Origin: a bacterium
GTDB lineage: Bacteria; Patescibacteriota; Minisyncoccia; Phycocordibacterales; UBA5272
Direction of reading: 5' to 3'
Length of the DNA: 64,000 bases
NCBI GenBank assembly: GCA_023267595.1
Contig: JAHFNB010000002.1
Span: 23,947 to 87,946, forward strand
Shown one piece after another: positions 38,764 to 48,818 of the stretch; the first letter of the stretch is position 1, and every line of letters begins with the position of its first letter. The translations under genes were made by a program, and so were the position numbers. Below the pieces are notes generated by a model. The model made no database searches, was not told the DNA's origin, and was given only the letters and a program-made list of their open reading frames with translations.

Positions 38764-41700
38764 ATGAAAACAATCAATACAACTAATTTTGACGGACTAG
38801 GAATCAAGATTGCTTCACCAGAAGCAATCGCATCGTGGTCATTCGGTGAAGTTACAAAGCCAGAGACGATTAACTACCGTACAGGACGTTCTGAACGTTA
38901 TGGACTATTCGACGAAAGAATATTCGGACCTGAGAAAGATTATGAATGTTACTGTGGAAAATATCGTCGTATTCGTTTCAAGGATATTATTTGTGAAAAA
39001 TGTGGAGTAGAAGTAACAAAATCAATTGTTCGTCGTGAACGAATGGGTCATATTACACTTGCATCTCCAGTTGCGCATATTTGGTTCTTGCGTACTGTAC
39101 CTTCACGTATTGCTCTTATTCTTGCACAACCAGTAGGAGATGTAGAAAAAGTAGTGTACTTTGCCGGATATGTTGTGAAGTCGGTGAATGAAACTGCAAA
39201 AGCACAGATCTTATCTGATCTAGATTCAGAGTTCAAGGCGAAAGTAAAATCTGCAAATGATGAAAAGACACAGGATAAACTCCGTGAACTTTTAACAGCA
39301 ACTAAGAAGGAGATTGAAGAAATTAAACCTTGGAAAATCTTTGATGAACTTACGTATCACCGTTATGCGATGAAGTATGGAACATGTTTCGAAGCAGGAA
39401 TCGGTGCAGAAGCATTATACGAAATATTTAAGACAATTAATTTAAAAGACCTTGAAGCAAAGATTGTTCTTCAACTTGAAAAAGCCGGAGCACTTGAACG
39501 TGAAAAAGCAGAAAAGCGTTTATCACTCGTACGAGCATTTCAAAATTCTGATATTCGTCCTGAATGGATGTTCATGACAGTTATTCCAGTTATTCCTCCA
39601 GGTATTCGTCCTATGGTTGCTCTTGAAGGTGGACGTTTTGCGGCATCAGATGTGAATGATTTGTATCGTCGTGTAATCAATCGTAATAATCGTTTGAAGA
39701 AATTGATGGAAATCGGAGCACCAGATGTTATCTTGCGAAATGAAAAGCGTATTTTACAAGAAGCAGTAGATGCACTCATTGATAACTCTGCACGTCATGG
39801 ACAAGATGCGGTGATGAGTCAATCACAAAAGAGACAACTTAAGTCTCTCTCTGATAATTTGAAAGGAAAGCAAGGACTTCTTCGTGGAAATCTACTTGGA
39901 AAGCGTGTGGATTATTCTGCACGTTCTGTTATTGTGGTTGGTCCGTCACTTTCACTTAATGAATGTGGACTTCCAAAGCATATGGCACTTGAACTTTTCA
40001 AGCCATTTATTATTTCAAAGATTCTCGAACGAGAACTTGCATTTAACATTCGTGGTGCGAATAAATTGATAGAAGATGCAATTCCAGAAGTATGGGCAAT
40101 TTTGGAAGAATGTATTGAAGGAAAATATGTTCTCCTTAACCGTGCGCCAACGCTTCACCGACTTGGTATCCAAGCATTTAATCCAAAACTTATTGAAGGA
40201 AATGCTATTCAACTTCACCCACTTGTATGTCAGGCTTTCAACGCGGATTTTGACGGTGACCAAATGGCCGTACACTTACCACTTTCTGTTGCAGCACAAG
40301 AGGAAGCAAGAACACTTATGGCGGCAAATAGAAACTTGCTCAAGCCAGGGTCTGGAGATTCAATTGTGAATCCTCGTATGGATATGGTTCTTGGTGCATA
40401 TTGGATGACAAAAGTTTTGGAGGGAGAAAAAGGTGAAGGGAAATATTTCGGTTCACCAAACGAAGCAATTACTGCATATGACTTCGACATCGTGTCATTT
40501 CGCGCAAAAATTTGGGTAATGCCATCTGATAAAGAAAAGTACGCAAAGTTTGAAGGAAAGCGTTTTGAAACAACAGTAGGACGTTTACTTTTCAACTCTG
40601 TACTTCCAAATGACTTCGCATACATTAACGATGAAGTAACGATAAAGAGAATGAATGCAATTATTGATGAAGTTATCTTGACTTATGGTCTTGAAACTGC
40701 ACCGTCAGTAATCGATAAGATAAAAGCATTTGGATACAAGTATGCAACTGTATCTGGTACAACATGGGGAATTGATGGCGTGAAAGTTCCACAAGAAAAA
40801 ACTGCACTTGTTGATGAAGGATGGACACAAGCAGCACGGGTTGATTCTGATTATGAAGAGGGACTTTTATCTGCAGAAGAACGTTATGAAAAGACAATAG
40901 AAGTATGGCAAGATGTTCGTGCAAAGATTGAGAAACTTATGCCACTTGCTATAGAAAAAAATGGTTCTGCATATGACATGATCACTTCCGGTGCCCGAGG
41001 AACTATTGCTCAGGTGATTCAGATGGCAGGTATGAAGGGTATTATTGTGAACAACTCAGGACGTAATATCGACTTTCCAGTTATCTCATCATACAAAGAA
41101 GGGCTTACTCCACTAGAATACTTCATTACAACATACGGCGCTCGTAAAGGTAACTCAGATACTGCTCTTAAGACTGCACAAGCCGGATATCTTACACGAC
41201 GTTTGGTGGATGTTGCACAAGATGCAATCATTACAGAAATTGATTGTGGTACAAAAGAAAGTAAACTTGTTCGAAAAGAAAATGCGCTTGGTATTGAAGT
41301 TCCAATTTCAAAAAATATTCGTGGACGTGTTCTTGCGGAAGAAATTAGTGCAAATGGAGTATTATTCAAGAAGAATCATCTTGTATCAAAAGACGATGCA
41401 CTTGTGATTGAAAATGCAGGTATCGAAGAAGTAAAAGTATTTTCTCCACTTGGATGTTTATCACTACATGGTCTTTGCCAAAAGTGTTATGGTCTTGATA
41501 TGGGGCGTAATAAAAAAGTAGATATTGGAGAGGCAGTTGGAATCGTTGCGGCACAAGCCATCGGTGAACCAGGAACACAGTTGACTATGCGTACATTCCA
41601 CGCTGGAGGAGTATCTGGAGTGGATATTACACAAGGTCTTCCACGTGTTGAAGAAATCTTTGAACGACGTGCCCCAAAAAATCCTGCAATTATTGCTCAT

Positions 41701-42363
41701 GAATCAGGTGAGATTATTGGTATGCGTGATGAAGGAAAAGAAAAGGTTATTCTTCTTCTTGCAGATGATGATGGAACAAAGAGTAAAAATGCTGGAAAAC
41801 AAATTGAATATACAGTACCATTCCGTCGTCAACCAATTGTAAAAGTTGGTGAGAGAGTAAAGAAGGGTCAAATGATGACAGATGGTTCTTGTGATATTGA
41901 TGAACTCTTTACTCATGCTGGTAAAGAAGTAGCAGAAGAATATATTGTGAGTGAAATCAATAAGGTGTATGAATTACAAGGTGCGTCAATTACACGTAAG
42001 CACGTAGAAGTCATCATCAAGCAAATGTTTGGTCGTGTGAAGATTGTAAATCCAGGAGAAACACGATTTACACAATCAGATGTTGTAGAAATATCTACAT
42101 TCCGTGCAGAAAATAATCGTGTAAAAGATCTTGGTCTTACTGAAGCAAAGGGAAGAAATCTCGTACTTGGTATTACGGACGTCGCACTTTCAACTGATTC
42201 ATGGCTTTCAAGTGCATCATTCCAAAACACTACACGTGTGCTTATTACAGCATCTACTCGTGGACAAATGGATGAATTGCGAGGTCTTAAAGAAAATGTG
42301 ATTATTGGACGACTTATTCCTGCAGGAACTGGACTTCGAAATAAATTAGAAGGAAAGGAATAA
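38764..42363 (+). CDS. rpoC: DNA-directed RNA polymerase subunit beta'
   Basis: 1199 aa with a zinc-binding Cys cluster near the N-terminus (CYCGKYRR...CEKCGVEV), the catalytic NADFDGDQM motif, the trigger-loop region and a C-terminal zinc site. Confidence 0.97.
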   Translation: MKTINTTNFDGLGIKIASPEAIASWSFGEVTKPETINYRTGRSERYGLFDERIFGPEKDYECYCGKYRRIRFKDIICEKCGVEVTKSIVRRERMGHITLASPVAHIWFLRTVPSRIALILAQPVGDVEKVVYFAGYVVKSVNETAKAQILSDLDSEFKAKVKSANDEKTQDKLRELLTATKKEIEEIKPWKIFDELTYHRYAMKYGTCFEAGIGAEALYEIFKTINLKDLEAKIVLQLEKAGALEREKAEKRLSLVRAFQNSDIRPEWMFMTVIPVIPPGIRPMVALEGGRFAASDVNDLYRRVINRNNRLKKLMEIGAPDVILRNEKRILQEAVDALIDNSARHGQDAVMSQSQKRQLKSLSDNLKGKQGLLRGNLLGKRVDYSARSVIVVGPSLSLNECGLPKHMALELFKPFIISKILERELAFNIRGANKLIEDAIPEVWAILEECIEGKYVLLNRAPTLHRLGIQAFNPKLIEGNAIQLHPLVCQAFNADFDGDQMAVHLPLSVAAQEEARTLMAANRNLLKPGSGDSIVNPRMDMVLGAYWMTKVLEGEKGEGKYFGSPNEAITAYDFDIVSFRAKIWVMPSDKEKYAKFEGKRFETTVGRLLFNSVLPNDFAYINDEVTIKRMNAIIDEVILTYGLETAPSVIDKIKAFGYKYATVSGTTWGIDGVKVPQEKTALVDEGWTQAARVDSDYEEGLLSAEERYEKTIEVWQDVRAKIEKLMPLAIEKNGSAYDMITSGARGTIAQVIQMAGMKGIIVNNSGRNIDFPVISSYKEGLTPLEYFITTYGARKGNSDTALKTAQAGYLTRRLVDVAQDAIITEIDCGTKESKLVRKENALGIEVPISKNIRGRVLAEEISANGVLFKKNHLVSKDDALVIENAGIEEVKVFSPLGCLSLHGLCQKCYGLDMGRNKKVDIGEAVGIVAAQAIGEPGTQLTMRTFHAGGVSGVDITQGLPRVEEIFERRAPKNPAIIAHESGEIIGMRDEGKEKVILLLADDDGTKSKNAGKQIEYTVPFRRQPIVKVGERVKKGQMMTDGSCDIDELFTHAGKEVAEEYIVSEINKVYELQGASITRKHVEVIIKQMFGRVKIVNPGETRFTQSDVVEISTFRAENNRVKDLGLTEAKGRNLVLGITDVALSTDSWLSSASFQNTTRVLITASTRGQMDELRGLKENVIIGRLIPAGTGLRNKLEGKE

Positions 42364-42394
42364 TTTTAGTTTAAAGATAGAGTCTGAAGATAAA

Positions 42395-42440
42395 AGGGGA
42401 TAAGAAAAAAGCGACTTAAAGTCGCTTTTTTCTTATCCCC
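42395..42440. terminator. 45-nt perfect palindrome / bidirectional terminator (GGGGATAAGAAAAAAGCGACTT-aaa-AAGTCGCTTTTTTCTTATCCCC)
   Basis: 21-bp perfect inverted repeat with an internal GC core flanked by A/T runs, just after the rpoC stop. Confidence 0.6.
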
Positions 42441-42588
42441 ACTATCCACGTGCGTGTCTATGTATATTTGCTTGACACATATGTGTAGGAAGAATAGAGT
42501 AAGTGTAACTATCACGTAGAGGGTATTGTCATAGTTGTATTGTGTGGTATTTTATTTACAAAATTATTCTTAAAGAGAGTTTATAAAT

Positions 42589-45500
42589 ATGAAAAATAAA
42601 TCAATGATTGGTGGACTTAAAGTTTCTTTAATTTCTTTGGTTGCAATGCTTGCAATGTCACAACTTGTATATGCAGATACAACATTATCTGTTTCAGGTA
42701 TTACAGTTGATAGTAAAGTGTATGATGGAAATACAACTGCAACTGTAAATACAACTGGTGCGGTCATATCAGGTATTTTAGATGGTGATGTTGTCACTCT
42801 TGATACATCAGGAGCAACATATACTTTTGCTACTTCATCAGTAGGTACAGGAATTTCAGTAATAGTTACTGGACTTACTGTAACTAGTGCTACAAGTACT
42901 GAGATATATACCCTTACGCAACCGACTCTCTCAGGAAATATAACAAAAAAGAATTTAACAGTTACAGGGATCACTGCATACAATAAGGTATATGATGGTA
43001 CTTTAACTGCATCATTAAATGCTACTTCTTCTGCGAGTCTTGTAGGAATTGTTAACAGTGAAGATGTAACACTAGATATATCTAGTGTTACAGGTGTATT
43101 TCTTAATAAAACTGTAGGGACTACAAAGACTGTAACAGTATCTGGATTGGCATTATCTGGTACGGCCAATTTAAATAACTATAGTCTTACTCAACCAACA
43201 ACAACCGCAGACATCACTCAACGTGATATCACCGTAACCGCAGTCGCACACACAAAGATGTATGACGGTACTACATCTGCAACAGGTACTCCTACTATTA
43301 CTTCAGGAACTCTTGCATCAGGTGATGCCGCAACCCTTACAGAAACATATGACACCGCAACTACAGGAACAGGAAAGACATTAACACCAGTTACTGTTAT
43401 TAAAGATGCTGGTCTTGTTGATGTAACTGCAAACTACAACGTAACTCCAGTAACGAATACTTCTGGTGTTATTGTTCAAGCACCACTTGTTATTACTGCT
43501 GCCGACAAAACTCGTGCATATGGTGTTGCTAACCCAACGCTTACTGTTACCTATTCAGGATTTGTTAACAGTGAAACTTCTGCAGTTGTAAGTGGTCTTG
43601 CAATTAATACAGTTGCTTCTTCTACAACAAATGTTGGCACAGTTTCAATTGTTCCATCAGGCGCAACTGCAACTAACTACAACATTTCATTTGTTAATGG
43701 AACACTTACTATCACACAAGCAGCACTTTCTGTAACTGCAGACGCACAAACAAAAGTGTATGGTAACTCAGATCCTTCACTGACGTACACTTCAAGTGGT
43801 CTAGTTAATGGTGATACTCTTTCAGGTGCACTTACTCGTGCTGCAGGAGAGAATGTGGGGACAAAAGCAATTACACAAGGGACTCTTACCGCAGGGGGAA
43901 ATTACAATATTTCTTACACAGGAGCCAATCTTACAATTACTACTCGTCCAATCACCATAACTGCTGCTGCTCACACAAAGATGTATGACGGTACTACATC
44001 TGCAACAGGTACTCCTACTATTACTTCAGGAACTCTTGCATCAGGTGATGCCGCAACCCTTACAGAAACATATGACACCGCAACTACAGGAACAGGAAAG
44101 ACATTAACACCAGTTACTGTTATTAAAGATGCTGGTCTTGTTGATGTAACTGCAAACTACAACGTAACTCCAGTAACGAATACTTCTGGTGTTATTGTTC
44201 AAGCACCACTTGTTATTACTGCTGCCGACAAAACTCGTGCATATGGTGTTGCTAACCCAACGCTTACTGTTACCTATTCAGGATTTGTTAACAGTGAAAC
44301 TTCTGCAGTTGTAAGTGGTCTTGCAATTAATACAGTTGCTTCTTCTACAACAAATGTTGGCACAGTTTCAATTGTTCCATCAGGCGCAACTGCAACTAAC
44401 TACAACATTTCATTTGTTAATGGAACACTTACTATCACACAAGCAGCACTTTCTGTAACTGCAGACGCACAAACAAAAGTGTATGGTAACTCAGATCCTT
44501 CACTGACGTACACTTCAAGTGGTCTAGTTAATGGTGATACTCTTTCAGGTGCACTTACTCGTGCTGCAGGAGAGAATGTGGGGACAACAACGATAACTCA
44601 AGGGACACTTAATAATACTAACTATAGTATTACGTATACTCCTGCAAACTTTGTGATTACTCCAAAACCAATTAACGTAGTAGCAAATGCGTTAAGTAAA
44701 GAACGACTAGCATCTGATCCAACACTCACATATACAGGAACATCATCACTTGTTGGAGTAGATACCTTTTCTGGCGCTCTTACACGTGCTACAGGGGAGA
44801 CAACAGGAACATATGCAATTTCTCAAGGGTCACTTTCTGCAGGAAGTAATTACACCATTAGTTTCACTGGAGCAAATTTCACTATTGTTGATACAACAAT
44901 ACCAACTCTTTCAGTAGTTTCTATTGTATCTAATAATGCAAGTACTACTCTTGCAAAAGTAGGTGATACAATAACAGTTTCATTTACTGCAAGTGAAGCA
45001 CTTAGTATTCCAACAGTAACTATTGCAGGTCAGTCTGCAACTGTATCTGGAACAACAACAAGTTGGACTGCAACGTATACAATGCAATCTGGAGACACAA
45101 CAGGTACAATTCCATTTACTATTACCTTTGCAGATATTACAAGTAACGCAGGTGTACAAGTAACTGCAACGACAAATGCAACAAGTGTTCTTTTTGATAA
45201 AACTGCGCCAACAGTAAGTATTGTATTTGCTGACACTGCGATGGGATTAGGAGAAACATCTCTTGTAACATTTACATTCTCAGAACCGGTGACAGGATTT
45301 GATAATACAGATATAACAATGCAAAATGGAACACTTACAACGGTTGCCTCAACTGATGGAGGTATTACATTTACAGGGACATTTACACCAACAGGCGGTA
45401 TTATTGTAAATACAAATGTAATGACAATAGGAAGTGGGTATGCAGATCTCGTAGGAAATGGAGCCGCATCATCTACTAATTCTTCTAATTATCAAATCAA

Positions 45501-45918
45501 TACACTTACGGTATCGGGTGGTGTAGCAGGACCGGGTGGATTTAGTACTGCTCTTGGTGGTGGTGGAAGTGGAGGTGGTGGAGGATCAGGTTCACCATCA
45601 ATTTCTACACCAACTGTGTCAAATAATACACCTTCAAATAACACACCAAATGTCTCTGCTTCACAGATAGGACAAGTGCTTGGTGTTAGTGTTACGAACT
45701 TCGTAAATGATTTAAAGATGGGAAGTAAGAATGATGTTGTAAAAGATTTACAAAAATTACTTATAGCAGATGGAATTCTTAAGAATGAACCAACAGGATA
45801 CTTTGGAGTTCTTACAAAGAATGCTCTAGCAAAGTGGCAGGCAAAAAATGGACTTCCTGCAACAGGATACTTTGGACCTATGACACGAGCACTTCTTAAG
45901 AAGATGAGTGGACAGTAA
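42589..45918 (+). CDS. Large secreted cell-surface protein (MBG/YDG-type repeats, Ig-like domains, Gly-rich linker, C-terminal peptidoglycan-binding domain)
   Basis: Signal peptide; multiple (K/M)VYDGT...T repeats typical of MBG domains; TAPTVS-type Ig-like segments; GGGGSGGGGGSGS linker; C-terminal PG_binding_1-like LQKLLIADGIL...GYFGPMTRALLKK. Confidence 0.8.
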   Translation: MKNKSMIGGLKVSLISLVAMLAMSQLVYADTTLSVSGITVDSKVYDGNTTATVNTTGAVISGILDGDVVTLDTSGATYTFATSSVGTGISVIVTGLTVTSATSTEIYTLTQPTLSGNITKKNLTVTGITAYNKVYDGTLTASLNATSSASLVGIVNSEDVTLDISSVTGVFLNKTVGTTKTVTVSGLALSGTANLNNYSLTQPTTTADITQRDITVTAVAHTKMYDGTTSATGTPTITSGTLASGDAATLTETYDTATTGTGKTLTPVTVIKDAGLVDVTANYNVTPVTNTSGVIVQAPLVITAADKTRAYGVANPTLTVTYSGFVNSETSAVVSGLAINTVASSTTNVGTVSIVPSGATATNYNISFVNGTLTITQAALSVTADAQTKVYGNSDPSLTYTSSGLVNGDTLSGALTRAAGENVGTKAITQGTLTAGGNYNISYTGANLTITTRPITITAAAHTKMYDGTTSATGTPTITSGTLASGDAATLTETYDTATTGTGKTLTPVTVIKDAGLVDVTANYNVTPVTNTSGVIVQAPLVITAADKTRAYGVANPTLTVTYSGFVNSETSAVVSGLAINTVASSTTNVGTVSIVPSGATATNYNISFVNGTLTITQAALSVTADAQTKVYGNSDPSLTYTSSGLVNGDTLSGALTRAAGENVGTTTITQGTLNNTNYSITYTPANFVITPKPINVVANALSKERLASDPTLTYTGTSSLVGVDTFSGALTRATGETTGTYAISQGSLSAGSNYTISFTGANFTIVDTTIPTLSVVSIVSNNASTTLAKVGDTITVSFTASEALSIPTVTIAGQSATVSGTTTSWTATYTMQSGDTTGTIPFTITFADITSNAGVQVTATTNATSVLFDKTAPTVSIVFADTAMGLGETSLVTFTFSEPVTGFDNTDITMQNGTLTTVASTDGGITFTGTFTPTGGIIVNTNVMTIGSGYADLVGNGAASSTNSSNYQINTLTVSGGVAGPGGFSTALGGGGSGGGGGSGSPSISTPTVSNNTPSNNTPNVSASQIGQVLGVSVTNFVNDLKMGSKNDVVKDLQKLLIADGILKNEPTGYFGVLTKNALAKWQAKNGLPATGYFGPMTRALLKKMSGQ
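43248..44583 (+). repeat. Exact tandem duplication (2 x ~616 bp, period 720 bp) inside the surface protein gene
   Basis: Sequence from cacacaaagatgtatgacgg to gagaatgtggggacaa is identical at 43248-43863 and 43968-44583, so the encoded ~205 aa are repeated verbatim. Confidence 0.85.
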
Positions 45919-46050
45919 AATTCTAAGTTAGAAGATTGAGGCTTGAAGTTGGGAGTTACAATTAATATAAAAGCAGTATCTATGATACTTTTTATATTTC
46001 TGTTGTCTAATGTCTATTGTCTAGCATTTACCCCTGCTATACTATAAAGT

Positions 46051-47043
46051 ATGAAGTTGGTCACTGCATTTAAACATCTTTTCATTCCTCACGATAAGAA
46101 TGATTACAAGCCACATTTTTTTCGAGAATTATCTGTTGCTATCATATTATTTGGCAGTATGTTTTTACTTGGTGCATCATTTGGTAGTTCATTTCTTATT
46201 CATAAAACAGTAGAAGGTGCTTCTATTGCAGCAGACGTTCTTATTGATCTTACCAATGAAGATCGTATTGCATTTAATGAAGCACCTCTTATTAAAAATA
46301 AGAAGTTAGATGAAGCAGCAGCATTAAAAGGACAAGACATGTCAAATAAAGGTTATTTTGCGCATACATCTCCTGAAGGAATTACACCGTGGTATTGGTT
46401 TAAACAAGCAAAGTATGATTTTCTTTATGCAGGAGAAAATCTAGCAATTAACTTTACGGAAGCACAAGATGTAGAAAATGCGTGGCTTAATTCTCCCGCA
46501 CATCGTGCAAACCTTCTTAGTGTGAAATTTCATGAAATAGGAATTGCAACAGTAGAAGGAATATACAATAATAATCCAACTATTTTTGTGGTGCAAATGT
46601 TTGGCACACCTGCGGTTGCAGAGACGGCTCTAACTGAAGATACGAATAAAGTAAAAGAAGTTTCGGAAACTACACAAAATAAAAAAGATACAGAATTAGC
46701 AACAAACGGAGAAGTTAAAGGTGAAACAAGTGTAGATAGCGGACTCATTCCAGTACTCAGTACAGATACATTGGAAATTGTAAAAAATGAACATGGTATG
46801 GAGATGAAAATAATAACGAGTACACCAGTAGAAACATACTCAACATGGTATGGACGATTACTATTTGGAGGGTCACGATATATTGAAATGGTTTATAAAA
46901 TTCTTATTTTCATAATTGCACTTGCACTTATTACAATGATATTGGTAGAAATACGAAAGCAACACCCACGACATATTTTATATGGTGTGGCACTACTTCT
47001 CGTGCTTACTGCTTTTGTGTATATTAACCACGGATTTTTCTAG
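46051..47043 (+). CDS. CAP (SCP/PR-1-like, YkwD-type) domain protein with N- and C-terminal TM anchors
   Basis: Motifs GYFAHTSPEG, AGENLA and NAWLNSPAHRANLL characteristic of bacterial CAP domains. Confidence 0.7.
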   Translation: MKLVTAFKHLFIPHDKNDYKPHFFRELSVAIILFGSMFLLGASFGSSFLIHKTVEGASIAADVLIDLTNEDRIAFNEAPLIKNKKLDEAAALKGQDMSNKGYFAHTSPEGITPWYWFKQAKYDFLYAGENLAINFTEAQDVENAWLNSPAHRANLLSVKFHEIGIATVEGIYNNNPTIFVVQMFGTPAVAETALTEDTNKVKEVSETTQNKKDTELATNGEVKGETSVDSGLIPVLSTDTLEIVKNEHGMEMKIITSTPVETYSTWYGRLLFGGSRYIEMVYKILIFIIALALITMILVEIRKQHPRHILYGVALLLVLTAFVYINHGFF

Positions 47044-47078
47044 AAAATAGGTATTCTTGAGTATGGTAAAATGAACAG

Positions 47079-48713
47079 ATGAATCCGAAAGATCAGGTAA
47101 AGGAAAATCTCTCTATTACAGATGTAGTCTCTACCTATATTCGTCTAGAAAAATCAGGGAACCAATTTCGTGCACGCTGCCCATTTCATAATGAAAAGAC
47201 TCCTTCGTTTTATGTTTCCCCTGAAAGAAAATCATTTCATTGTTTTGGTTGCCAAGCACATGGAGATATTTTTACTTTTGTAGAAAAAATAGAAAATATT
47301 CCATTTTTTGAAGCATTAAAAATATTAGCAGATAGAGCAGGAGTGACACTGACATCAATGGAAAAAAATAAGGAAGAAACACGTCTTATATCTTTATTAA
47401 AAGATGCAACAATTCATTTTGAAAATAATATACAAAAAAGTCCTGAAGCAAAACAATATCTTATGGAACGAGGGTTAACAGAAGAAACTATCAAGATCTT
47501 TCATATTGGTTATGCAAAAAATGAATGGCGAGATTTATTTATTTTTCTATCTTCACAAGGGTATCAACCAGAGGAAATAGAAGGCTCTGGACTTGCAATT
47601 AAAGCAACAGATGACTCGGGCAAAACTAAGGGTTGGTATGACCGTTTTCGGGGTAGGGTGATGTTTCCCATTAGAAACGTTTCAGGGGCCACAGTGGGCT
47701 ATTCTGGGCGAATTATGCCATCTCTGGTAGACCCAACGGTTGCCCAAGGGAAATATGTGAATACCCCAGAAACAAGCCTCTATCATAAGTCCAAGATCCT
47801 CTTTGGATATGATACTGCCAAAAAGAAAATGCAGGAGACAAAACAGGTGGTGGTTGTAGAAGGTCAGATGGATTTATGTATGAGTTATCAAGCGGGGGTT
47901 CATAATACAGTTGCCGTATCTGGTACTGCGTTTACCGATGAACACATTCATTTAATAAAACGATTTTGTGATACGGTTATTCTTTCATTTGATACAGATA
48001 CTGCTGGTCAAAGTGCATTAAAGAAAACAGCACTTTTGTGTTTACTTGGTGGGTTAGATGTGTATATTGTTGGCGATATAGGTACAAAAGACCCAGCCGA
48101 TTTAATACAAGAAAATCCATCAAAGTGGGTAACTGCGGTTGAAAAGAAACGCCACGTGGTTGAAGTTATGGTGCAGAATGTTATGAGTAAAGAAACTGAT
48201 GAAAGAATACGTGGACAAAAAATTGTAAGTGACGTACTCCCATTTGTACGTGCCATCCAGTCTCCAATAGATAGAGGACATTTTATAAAAGTGATTTCTG
48301 AAAAGTCAGGTATTTCACAAACTACTTTAACAGAAGAATTATCTCGCGGAGCAACATTTGAAACATCATATACTCCAGCAACAGAACAAATTGTACTTTC
48401 AAGTAAAGATAGACTTCTTCGTGAGATTATTGCGTATGCAACTCTTATAGGAAAACTAGATGATGAACTCTTTACATCGCTGCATATAGATATATCTATT
48501 TTTCCAGATGCAATTATTCAAGAAGAAATGTTTAATTTAGAAAAGAAAGTAATTAGCAATAAAGAGAAATATTTTGATGATTTAATCAGGAGTTATAAAA
48601 AAGAAATACACAAGGAAGGGTTACAATATTTACAGAAAAAGTTTCGTGAAGATGGTGCTGATCATGATAGTATCTTACAAGAGATTAATGAACATGTTAA
48701 AAAGGGATACTAG
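47079..48713 (+). CDS. dnaG: DNA primase DnaG
   Basis: Zinc-binding domain CPFHNEKTPSFYV...CFGC; TOPRIM with VVVVEGQMD and SFDTDTAGQ. Confidence 0.9.
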   Translation: MNPKDQVKENLSITDVVSTYIRLEKSGNQFRARCPFHNEKTPSFYVSPERKSFHCFGCQAHGDIFTFVEKIENIPFFEALKILADRAGVTLTSMEKNKEETRLISLLKDATIHFENNIQKSPEAKQYLMERGLTEETIKIFHIGYAKNEWRDLFIFLSSQGYQPEEIEGSGLAIKATDDSGKTKGWYDRFRGRVMFPIRNVSGATVGYSGRIMPSLVDPTVAQGKYVNTPETSLYHKSKILFGYDTAKKKMQETKQVVVVEGQMDLCMSYQAGVHNTVAVSGTAFTDEHIHLIKRFCDTVILSFDTDTAGQSALKKTALLCLLGGLDVYIVGDIGTKDPADLIQENPSKWVTAVEKKRHVVEVMVQNVMSKETDERIRGQKIVSDVLPFVRAIQSPIDRGHFIKVISEKSGISQTTLTEELSRGATFETSYTPATEQIVLSSKDRLLREIIAYATLIGKLDDELFTSLHIDISIFPDAIIQEEMFNLEKKVISNKEKYFDDLIRSYKKEIHKEGLQYLQKKFREDGADHDSILQEINEHVKKGY

Positions 48714-48818
48714 TGGCAGACCAACAGATGATAGACTTTAGACTACAGAAAATACAAAGAGATACCCACAGGTAGCATAGATTTTTTACTACACAAAGTG
48801 GATAAAGTATGGTAGAGT

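Noticed and set aside
40230-40625. 131-aa minus-strand ORF and other small ORFs antisense to rpoC and rpoB (e.g. 41019-41369, 41913-42230, 36222-36443)
   Set aside because: They lie entirely inside highly conserved RNA polymerase coding sequence and are frame shadows
42570-43169. 199-aa ORF on the minus strand overlapping the 5' part of the surface protein gene
   Set aside because: It is a shadow ORF created by the Thr/Val/Ala-rich repeat composition of the plus-strand adhesin gene, and has no independent signals
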